38,126 nucleotides of DNA from Fidelibacterota bacterium (GTDB lineage: Bacteria > Fidelibacterota > Marinisomatia > Marinisomatales > TCS56). The stretch spans positions 1-38,126 of the forward strand of contig JBDRBK010000211.1 in assembly GCA_043822705.1 (NCBI GenBank), given 5' to 3'. This document shows, one piece after another, positions 26,046 through 33,419 of this stretch (position 1 is the stretch's first letter; every line of letters starts with the position of its first letter). The notes below the pieces were generated by a model. It ran no database searches, was not told the origin of the DNA, and was given only the letters and a program-made list of their open reading frames with translations. Position numbers and translations under genes: made by a program.

Positions 26046-26852
26046 ATGAAAAAAATGAATATCCTGATTACTGTTCTGGGAACCCTATCGGCGCTAGGAT
26101 TTACCGGCTGGCTGGGTCTGCAGGTGCCACCGAAAATTGAACCTGCCGTGGCTGAATCCTGCGAGACCGAATACATCACCAAACTGCCGGATAACCTGCC
26201 GGCGCCGGTGCTGCGCTATTTGCAAACCGTGTTCGAAGACAAAATCCCGGTAGTTAAAACCGCCGTTTTCCATGGTGCACCACAGGCCCGGATCAACGGT
26301 ATTAAAATGCGGATCAACTACCAGGTATTTTACCGTTTCGGCGGTGATTATCGCCGCGACATGAAAGTGGGCTGGTTCGGCAAACAGTTGATCGAAGGCC
26401 ACGAGCTCTACATCAATGGCGTAGGTAAGGCCCTGATCGCCGGTGAGACTGAATCCGGTCCTGAATTCGAACAGGCCTTCAATATTTCGATCTGGTCCGA
26501 AGTGGTGCTGATGCCATCCCTGCTGATCCAGGACGAGCGCCTGCGCTGGGAGGTCGTCAGCGATAATCGCCTGAAATTATTTGTGCCGTTCCATGACCAG
26601 ACCGACAGCCTGCTGATCGATTTCGATCCCGCCACGGGACTGGTATCCCGGATCGAAGCACAACGACCCAAAAACGGTAAGTTGGTCGGCTGGGCGATCA
26701 CCCCCCAGGACTGGCAGTGGATCAATGGCATTTACCTGCCAACACGCAACCCGCTGCAATGGGCCGATGAAAAAACACCCTGGACGGTGTGGGCTATCGA
26801 CGATATCCGCTATAATTTGAAGGTGGATGAGAAATTCGTGCTGGATTTTTAA
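26046..26852 (+). CDS. Membrane-anchored conserved hypothetical protein (DUF6544-like)
   Basis: N-terminal TM, LPAPVLRYL, W.E....PS.L....LRWE.V motifs. Family name recalled, not verified. Confidence 0.6.
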   Translation: MKKMNILITVLGTLSALGFTGWLGLQVPPKIEPAVAESCETEYITKLPDNLPAPVLRYLQTVFEDKIPVVKTAVFHGAPQARINGIKMRINYQVFYRFGGDYRRDMKVGWFGKQLIEGHELYINGVGKALIAGETESGPEFEQAFNISIWSEVVLMPSLLIQDERLRWEVVSDNRLKLFVPFHDQTDSLLIDFDPATGLVSRIEAQRPKNGKLVGWAITPQDWQWINGIYLPTRNPLQWADEKTPWTVWAIDDIRYNLKVDEKFVLDF

Positions 26853-26901
26853 GTAGCCAAGAGGAAAGAGCGAGGAGCCGTGGGGCGGGGGAGCTTCCGT
26901 C

Positions 26902-27168
26902 GTCATGCTAAGCCAGCCTGTGCGTCGTAGTTGGAAGGAGGTGTATCGAAGCATGATTACTATTGCAGGTCACCCTTCGACGGCTCAGGGTGACATTGCT
27001 TGTGCTATTAATTAATAAAAGCACAGCACGCTATGCCGCGCAATGAATTAGAATTTTATCACTAGCCCAGCCCTTCAGGGCTGGGTATTCATTGAAATTA
27101 GACAGCCGAGGCGCTTCAGCGCCTTTTCAGATAATAAAAGCTGCCATTCCTGCGAGAGATGGCAGCTT
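26902..27168. repeat. Cluster of REP-like palindromes
   Basis: GTCATGCTAAGC...TCGAAGCATGA; GTCACCCT-TCGACGGCTC-AGGGTGAC (26969-26994); CCCAGCCC-TTCA-GGGCTGGG (27066-27085); AGGCGC-TTCA-GCGCCT; AAGCTGCCAT-N11-ATGGCAGCTT. Confidence 0.65.
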
Positions 27169-27220
27169 ACCAAAGACCTTATCGGAAAAATAGACTTATG
27201 GATAATAAGGTTCTTCTTTA

Positions 27221-27276
27221 TTGAAGCGCGATATAATTATTGTTAACTTGTGGCACACAATTAACATTCGTAACAC
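27221..27276 (+). promoter_or_regulatory. nikR promoter and NikR operator 1
   Basis: TTGAAG-17 bp-TAACTT, then GTGGCAC-N13-GTAACAC (27250-27276) abutting the ATG. Confidence 0.75.
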
Positions 27277-27693
27277 ATGCCCAACCTGATCAGATTCGGT
27301 GTCTCAATTGAAAACTCCCTGCTGGAGGAGTTCGACCAGTTCATCCGGGAGCGTAACTATACCAATCGCTCCGAGGCCCTGCGGGACCTGATCCGCGAGG
27401 CCCTGGTGGACGAGGAATGGTCCCAGAATGACATCATCGCCGGCGGGATCGCCTTCGTGTACGACCACCATCAGCGCGAATTGGTGAACAAGCTGCTTAA
27501 CATCCAGCATGATTACCACGATACGGTGATTTCATCCCAGCATGTCCATCTGGATCATGACAACTGCCTTGAAATCGTAGTGGTGAAAGGTCCGGCCGAA
27601 CAGGTGATGGCACTGTACCACGGACTGAAGTCGCTCAAGGGCGTCAAACACATCGATCTGATCAAATCAACCATTGGCGAACGTATTAAGTAA
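27277..27693 (+). CDS. nikR: Nickel-responsive transcriptional regulator NikR
   Basis: RHH motif RFGVSI...LL..FD......YTNRSEALRDLIR; Ni ligand region YDHH...IQH...HVHLDHDNCLE. Confidence 0.97.
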   Translation: MPNLIRFGVSIENSLLEEFDQFIRERNYTNRSEALRDLIREALVDEEWSQNDIIAGGIAFVYDHHQRELVNKLLNIQHDYHDTVISSQHVHLDHDNCLEIVVVKGPAEQVMALYHGLKSLKGVKHIDLIKSTIGERIK

Positions 27694-27710
27694 TATTTTT
27701 TTAAACCATC

Positions 27711-27737
27711 GTGTTACTAATACCAAAAACGTAATAT
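27711..27737 (+). promoter_or_regulatory. NikR operator 2
   Basis: GTGTTAC-N13-GTAATAT upstream of the TonB-dependent receptor. Confidence 0.8.
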
Positions 27738-27756
27738 TTGAAAGCTGGGGAATTGC

Positions 27757-29595
27757 ATGTCTGATAAAAAAACCATTTTAATTATCCTGTTATTTTTTAC
27801 GGTAATCTGGGGACAACACCTGCCACGGGGTTACTATTCCCAGCGCGACTCGGCCTGGATTCATGAAATGGATTCCGTGTTTGTGGAAGGCCTGCGTTCG
27901 GCTTCGCTTTCGACAACGACCCGGATCACCGTAGCACAGGAAAGAATCGAGGCAATGGCCTACCGGGACTTGAATGAGGTACTGGTCAACGAAGTACCCG
28001 GTGTTTTCGGTACCGAAAAAGGGGTTATGGGCTACGGTGTCTCCGGCGGATCGGCCGGCAAACTGACCCTGCGCGGCCAGGGCGGCGACCCCACTACCGG
28101 TGTTTTAATCGTTCAGAATGGCAAGCCGGAAATCATGGGTCTCATGGGGCACCCGGTGCCCGATGCCTATGCCGCTGACGTGATCAGCGAAGTCGAGATC
28201 ATCAAAGGCGCCGCCTCAATCCTCTATGGTACCAATGCCCTGGGCGGGGCCATCAATATGAAGACCCGGCGAGTGGCGGTCCAGGGGTTGGAAACCCGCC
28301 TGCGGCTGTCCGGCGGCAGTTATGGTGTCCGGCGAATGGTTTTCCAGCATGGCGGCCGACTGGGGCAATGGGATTATTTCGCCACCTATGGCAGTCGATC
28401 CACCAATGGTCACCGGCCACACAGCGCGTTTGATTCACAGGCCTGGCACCTGCGGGTAGGCTATGAAATTAATCCCGATTTTTACCTGGCGCTGGTCGGT
28501 AAATCGGTACCGTTTCATATGGAAGACCCCGGTCCTGAAGGCGGCGTCACGGGCCTGGAATATGATATTACGCGGTCTGACCTGACACTCACGGCCCGCA
28601 TCGATTTAACCACGATCAAGCTGGACTACCTGATTTTTCATAATCTCGGCGAACATGAAATCTCCGATGGCTTCCATTCCACGGATTTCTGCGATGGTCT
28701 GATCCTCAAACATCATTTTCATTTATTGAAGGGTAATTCGACCACAGTCGGATTGGACTATAAAAACTACGGTGGAAAATTAATTGCCGTATTTAAACCA
28801 GGTCTTGTCGGTGAAAAATTCACGGTGACTGAAACCGCCGGCTATCTGCTCAGCGAACAGAATCTGGGGCGACTGACGACATCGGCCGGATTGCGTCGGG
28901 AAATCCACAGTGAATTCGGAGCAGTGATCGTACCGTACTTGGGAGCTTCCTTCCGGATAAATGAACGGTTGATGCTAACCGGTTCCCAGGGCAGCGGTTT
29001 TCGCAGTCCGACCATCCGTGAACTGTACCTGTTTCCGGCCCCCAATACTGAACTCAAATCGGAACAGTCGAAGACCTCCGAGCTGGGCTTGAATTACCGG
29101 CCGGGACGCAGGTTGACGGTCGATCTGACGACTTATCGATCAAGTGGTCATGACCGGATCGAGACCGTCGGCATCTGGCCCAATCAGGAATTGCGTAATT
29201 CCGGGGAATTCGACTACCGCGGTCTCGACCTCGCCTTGAAACTGAACCCCCGGCGCGGCCTGCATCTGGGGCTGAATGCCGGCTGGTTCGGGTCCGACAA
29301 TCCGGTCGTCAACCAGCCCGAATGGCAACTGAGTTCGACGCTGGGCTATCATCGCCAGTATTTCACCATCCGTGGCAATCTGAAACAGGTGGTCGGCGTA
29401 AAATATTTTGACAGCGGCGCTTATCACCGGTTGCCGGCCTACAGTGTCGTTAACATGGGAATCGAGGTAACGCCGATTAAAACGCTGGCATTGAACCTGC
29501 AGGTTAAGAACCTGCTGAACAGCGATTACCAGTCGATGGTTGGCTTTCCCCTGCCGGGCCGGTCGCTGGAAGGGGGCGTCTTCTTTGATTTCTGA
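27757..29595 (+). CDS. TonB-dependent receptor, probably for nickel or a metal complex
   Basis: Signal peptide, TonB-box-like DSVFV, plug motif VEIIKGAASILYGTNALGGAIN, GFRSPTIRELY, NLLN..Y, PGRS...F C-terminus. Confidence 0.93.
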   Translation: MSDKKTILIILLFFTVIWGQHLPRGYYSQRDSAWIHEMDSVFVEGLRSASLSTTTRITVAQERIEAMAYRDLNEVLVNEVPGVFGTEKGVMGYGVSGGSAGKLTLRGQGGDPTTGVLIVQNGKPEIMGLMGHPVPDAYAADVISEVEIIKGAASILYGTNALGGAINMKTRRVAVQGLETRLRLSGGSYGVRRMVFQHGGRLGQWDYFATYGSRSTNGHRPHSAFDSQAWHLRVGYEINPDFYLALVGKSVPFHMEDPGPEGGVTGLEYDITRSDLTLTARIDLTTIKLDYLIFHNLGEHEISDGFHSTDFCDGLILKHHFHLLKGNSTTVGLDYKNYGGKLIAVFKPGLVGEKFTVTETAGYLLSEQNLGRLTTSAGLRREIHSEFGAVIVPYLGASFRINERLMLTGSQGSGFRSPTIRELYLFPAPNTELKSEQSKTSELGLNYRPGRRLTVDLTTYRSSGHDRIETVGIWPNQELRNSGEFDYRGLDLALKLNPRRGLHLGLNAGWFGSDNPVVNQPEWQLSSTLGYHRQYFTIRGNLKQVVGVKYFDSGAYHRLPAYSVVNMGIEVTPIKTLALNLQVKNLLNSDYQSMVGFPLPGRSLEGGVFFDF

Positions 29596-30121
29596 TAAAC
29601 CACGGCCGGTGACACCTGATCTGATACTGGGGGCGGTCTTTCTGGTCCTGGCGCTGACCTTTCCGGTGTTGTTTCATCTGGTCCATCTGGGATCAACCTT
29701 TTTACCGCTGTTTTTTCCGATTGCCCTGGCCGGCCTGCTGGTACGGCCGGGCGTGGCGGCTACAGTCGGTCTCTTGGCACCGATTCTATCCGGAGTACTG
29801 ACCGGGATGCCGCCGTTTTATCCACCGATAGCACCCCAGATGGCTGCCGAAGGCGCGGTACTTGGGGGGAGTATCGCCCTGTTAAGGCGGCACTGGGGCT
29901 TCGGTGTTGTGGGCAGTTTGGTCGGCGGAATCCTGGCTCAGCGTGTCGTACTGGCAGCACTGGTATTTTTGATTGCGCCGCTGTTTCATCTGCCGCCGGG
30001 AATTTATACCGGTGCCAAAATCGTGTCGGGTATTCCCGGTTTGATCCTCCAACTGGTCGGAATACCGCCACTGGTTAAATTACTGGAGCCGCGCATTCGA
30101 CAAATGTGGGAGGTGGCGTGA
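29585..30121 (+). CDS. ECF transporter S component
   Basis: Hydrophobic ~180 aa; P.LFH....G..FLP.F.P..LAG, P.LS..LTGMPP..P....M..E, PG..LQL..IP. Start uncertain (TTG 29585 or GTG 29609). Confidence 0.8.
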   Translation: MISDKPRPVTPDLILGAVFLVLALTFPVLFHLVHLGSTFLPLFFPIALAGLLVRPGVAATVGLLAPILSGVLTGMPPFYPPIAPQMAAEGAVLGGSIALLRRHWGFGVVGSLVGGILAQRVVLAALVFLIAPLFHLPPGIYTGAKIVSGIPGLILQLVGIPPLVKLLEPRIRQMWEVA

Positions 30122-30717
30122 GGACCGACCCGGATTTACGGAAGCACTTTTTTGATAAGCTGGCACCGACCTGGGAGAATTCAGCCAAATTCAAACCGGA
30201 GCAGCAACGCCTCGCCCGGATGATCGCCGATTTTCGAATTTATCCCGGCGACAGTGTCCTGGATGTTGGCACCGGCACCGGAATTGCGCTGCCGGCGCTG
30301 GTAAACGCAGTCGGCAAAACGGGTCGGGTCACCGGCCTGGATGTGTCGGAGAAAATGGTGACTGAAGCTCGGAAGATTCACCACGATGTGCAGGTTGGTG
30401 ATATCCGGAATCCGCCTTTTGCCGCCGCCAGTTTTAACCTGGTGCTGGCATTTGCCGTCCTGCCGCACCTGGATGATCCGGGCAGATTTTTTATGGCCGT
30501 CCAGCGGATATTAAAACCGGTCGGTCACCTGATTATCCTGCATTTCATGTCGCGGGTAATCTGCAACGATTTTCACCGCAACGCCGGTACGGCGGTGGAG
30601 CATGATCTGCTACCCCGACCCGAGGAATTGGACCGGCTGGCCAATAGCGCCGGTTTGACTCCGGTCTTATTTGAGGAAACGGACGATCTGTTTCTGTGGC
30701 AGGCGCAAAAACCTTGA
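30118..30717 (+). CDS. Class I SAM-dependent methyltransferase (UbiE/Methyltransf_11-like)
   Basis: FFDKLAPTW, VLDVGTGTG, GLDVSEKM, LKP.G.LII.H; GTGA overlap with the upstream stop. Confidence 0.9.
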   Translation: MRTDPDLRKHFFDKLAPTWENSAKFKPEQQRLARMIADFRIYPGDSVLDVGTGTGIALPALVNAVGKTGRVTGLDVSEKMVTEARKIHHDVQVGDIRNPPFAAASFNLVLAFAVLPHLDDPGRFFMAVQRILKPVGHLIILHFMSRVICNDFHRNAGTAVEHDLLPRPEELDRLANSAGLTPVLFEETDDLFLWQAQKP

Positions 30718-31427
30718 CTTCGTCCTGGTTGGATGTAACCGCGATCGACAGCCGCCTGCGGTTCATTTTGGCGGTCAGCGGTGTGGTGTCAATCGGTGTT
30801 TTTCCAGTAAACCATCCTGCCAGGCTGATCTGGTATCTGGTGGCTGCTATCCTGATATATTGTAACACGCCCGGCACCCGCGTTCCCCGAACTGTCGGCG
30901 GAATTTTATTATCCACGGTGCTGTTTTTCGGTCTGGCACCGGCGTTGAGCAGTCTGCTGGGGTGGTCGGATGCGGCGGTAATGTCCGAGTTGTATTTTGG
31001 TTTGAGCGTCACCGCCAAAACCGTGGCGATATTTTTCTGGATTTATTCAATGATCGGCCTGCCGGGAATCAGCCGGTTGTTGTTGACATTGAAGCAATTG
31101 CGGGTTCCGGATGAAGTCTTGTTCATGCTGATGATAGCCGTGCGTTATTTCCAACGTTTTGTCTACCTGGCCCGGCAAATGGGTGAGGCCCGCAGCCTGC
31201 GTCTGCACGGCGCGCCGCACTGGCGCGGCCTGTCCGCACTCACCAGCAAATTGGCCATAATCGCCGTGGACCATGCCGGAGCCGTGTATCAGTCCGTTTT
31301 GCTGCGCGGCGGCGGGGTTGTGCTGCCATTGATTCCGGAGCCGACCCGCACGCCGGTCCACGGGTGGGCGGGAATTGCCGGAGTCAGTGTTCTGATTATT
31401 CCCTGGTTGATCAGCGGAGTCGGGTAA
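30714..31427 (+). CDS. ECF transporter T component (CbiQ/NikQ-like)
   Basis: D.RL, LL..L.QLRVP.....M..IAVRY, AR.LR and V.LRG arginine motifs. Start TTG 30714 (overlap) or 30696. Confidence 0.82.
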   Translation: MTSSWLDVTAIDSRLRFILAVSGVVSIGVFPVNHPARLIWYLVAAILIYCNTPGTRVPRTVGGILLSTVLFFGLAPALSSLLGWSDAAVMSELYFGLSVTAKTVAIFFWIYSMIGLPGISRLLLTLKQLRVPDEVLFMLMIAVRYFQRFVYLARQMGEARSLRLHGAPHWRGLSALTSKLAIIAVDHAGAVYQSVLLRGGGVVLPLIPEPTRTPVHGWAGIAGVSVLIIPWLISGVG

Positions 31428-31428
31428 A

Positions 31429-32055
31429 ATGCCGGCGGCGATTGAAATCAGCAATTATTCATTCAGTTACACAGCAGACCAGCCGGTGCTGGACAAATTT
31501 TCATTGACGCTGCCGGCCGGTGAAAAAATGGCCTTGCTGGGGCGAAACGGTGCCGGCAAAAGTACGCTTTTGCGCTCCATTGTGGGATTGCTGAAAGGCA
31601 GCGGATCGATCCGCGTCAACGGAATGGAAGTGGAACGCCGAACGCTGAAACAGATTCGCCGGCAGGTGGGATTTTTATTTCAAGATCCCCAGGTGCAGTT
31701 GTTTTGTCCCACGGTGATCGAAGACGTCACCTTCGGTCCATTGAACATCCACGGACAATTTGAGCAAGCCCGGACCACAGCTAAAAAAGCTTTGGAACAG
31801 GTGGGATACGACGGCGGATACTACCGTCCTTGCCACAACCTGAGTCTGGGAGAAATGCGCAAAGTGGCCCTGGCGGGAGTGCTGGCCTGCCGGCCTCAAA
31901 TTCTTTTGCTGGATGAGCCGGATTCCTACCTGGATCGGGAGGGGCGCCGACAGTTGGTGAAAGTAATCCGCGGATTACGGAATGAAACGGTTTTGCTGGT
32001 GACCCATGACCGGCGTTTTGCCCGGCAGGTTTGCCAGGGAATGGTTTTGCTGTAA
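31429..32055 (+). CDS. ECF transporter ATPase (CbiO/NikO-like)
   Basis: GRNGAGKST, VGFLFQDP..QLFCPTV.EDV.FGP.N, LSLGE, LLLDEP, VTHD. Confidence 0.93.
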   Translation: MPAAIEISNYSFSYTADQPVLDKFSLTLPAGEKMALLGRNGAGKSTLLRSIVGLLKGSGSIRVNGMEVERRTLKQIRRQVGFLFQDPQVQLFCPTVIEDVTFGPLNIHGQFEQARTTAKKALEQVGYDGGYYRPCHNLSLGEMRKVALAGVLACRPQILLLDEPDSYLDREGRRQLVKVIRGLRNETVLLVTHDRRFARQVCQGMVLL

Positions 32056-32103
32056 ATAAATTATTTGCCGGGAAACGAAAAAAATGTAGCGATTGTTGAG
32101 ATA

Positions 32104-32130
32104 TAATCGTATAATTACGATATACGATTA
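32104..32130. promoter_or_regulatory. Candidate ArsR operator
   Basis: Perfect TAATCGTATA-N7-TATACGATTA, with an overlapping ATCGT-ataatt-ACGAT, 10 bp before arsR. Confidence 0.7.
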
Positions 32131-32140
32131 AGAGATTATT

Positions 32141-32470
32141 ATGGTTGTAGCAAAAACAAAGGGATTCGCGGCTGAGGATGTGGGACTGGCCGACGTAGCC
32201 AAGGCGTTGGGACATCCGGCGCGAATCCGAATTCTGAAAATCCTCACCGACGTGGACATTTGCATGTGCGGTGCTATCGTCGATCAGTTGCCCCTATCCC
32301 AGGCCACCGTTTCCCAGCATCTGAAGGAACTGAAACGGGTGGGACTGATCCAGGGTACGGTAGAAGGCCCTAAAACCTGCTATTGTATCGACCGAAAGCG
32401 AATCGAAGAAATTAAGGAAAACTTTGCGAATTTGTTTTCCAAAGTGGGTTGCGGCTGCGGCTGCAAATAA
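32141..32470 (+). CDS. arsR: ArsR/SmtB family regulator
   Basis: AKALGHPARIRIL, CMCG.IV..LPLSQATVSQHLKELK, CYC, C-terminal CGCGCK. Confidence 0.92.
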   Translation: MVVAKTKGFAAEDVGLADVAKALGHPARIRILKILTDVDICMCGAIVDQLPLSQATVSQHLKELKRVGLIQGTVEGPKTCYCIDRKRIEEIKENFANLFSKVGCGCGCK

Positions 32471-32479
32471 GGAGGTAGT

Positions 32480-33286
32480 ATGAATAATCAGGAACAGATT
32501 AAATCAATTGTAAAAGAAAAATACAGTGGTATTGCCCGTAAAAAAGTGGCGCCCTGTTGCGCCGCTGAACAATCCTGTTGCGGCTCGGTCGAGGACGGTG
32601 AATACACCTTCATGGGCGAGAAATATTCCAATATGGAGGGCTATGTGCCGGAAGCGGATTTGGGTCTGGGTTGCGGCCTGCCCACCGAGCATGCGGGAAT
32701 AAAGGCCGGTCACACCGTGGTTGATCTGGGCTCCGGGGCGGGCAATGACGTGTTCGTGGCCCGGTCGCTGGTGGGTGAAACCGGCCGGGTGATTGGCATT
32801 GATATGACCGAAGCCATGATTGACCTGGCCAAAAAGAATAACGCCAAACTGGGCTATGGAAATATTGAATTCTTACTGGGCGAAATTGAAAATCTGCCGG
32901 TCGCAGCGGAATTTGCCGATGTGGTTATCAGTAATTGCGTCCTGAATCTGGTGCCCGATAAGGGAAAGGCGTTTGCAGAGATATTTCGAGTGCTGAAATC
33001 CGGGGGACATTTCTGTATATCGGATATTGTTCTCAACGGTGAATTGCCGGAGAAGCTCAGGCAATCGGCGGAAATGTATGCCGGTTGCGTCGCCGGCGCC
33101 CTGCAGGAAGCTGACTACCTGCGGATCATCGCCGACAGCGGATTCAAGGGAGTGGAAATCAGGAAACGAACCCTGATCGAAATTCCCGATGATGTGCTGG
33201 AGGAATACCTGACTACTGATCAAATCGAAGCAATGAAAGTCCGTGATATTGGAATCATCAGTCTTACTGTTGTCGGGTATAAATAA
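32480..33286 (+). CDS. arsM: Arsenite S-adenosylmethionine methyltransferase
   Basis: VKEKY..IA, CC..CC, LGLGCGLP, VVDLGSGAGND, IGIDMT, ISNCVLNL.PDK, GCVAGAL; downstream of arsR. Confidence 0.93.
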   Translation: MNNQEQIKSIVKEKYSGIARKKVAPCCAAEQSCCGSVEDGEYTFMGEKYSNMEGYVPEADLGLGCGLPTEHAGIKAGHTVVDLGSGAGNDVFVARSLVGETGRVIGIDMTEAMIDLAKKNNAKLGYGNIEFLLGEIENLPVAAEFADVVISNCVLNLVPDKGKAFAEIFRVLKSGGHFCISDIVLNGELPEKLRQSAEMYAGCVAGALQEADYLRIIADSGFKGVEIRKRTLIEIPDDVLEEYLTTDQIEAMKVRDIGIISLTVVGYK

Positions 33287-33320
33287 GATAATCCGGAAAA
33301 AGATTTAATCTTCACCGGTC

Positions 33321-33345
33321 AAGCCCCCGGCACTGTCGGGGGCTT
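33321..33345 (+). terminator. Intrinsic terminator
   Basis: AAGCCCCCGGCA-C-TGTCGGGGGCTT followed by an AT-rich/T tract. Confidence 0.75.
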
Positions 33346-33419
33346 ATTATTTTGCTCAGTTTTCCAGACGGGGGAACCTAATTTGCTGAATCCATTTTAC
33401 TAAATTGCGGGTGAATTAG

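Noticed and set aside
26853..27276. CRISPR array, or cobalamin/NiCo riboswitch upstream of the metal uptake operon
   Set aside because: There are no regularly spaced identical repeats and I could not see B12-box or other riboswitch consensus. The hairpins look like REP elements and lie upstream of the predicted promoter.
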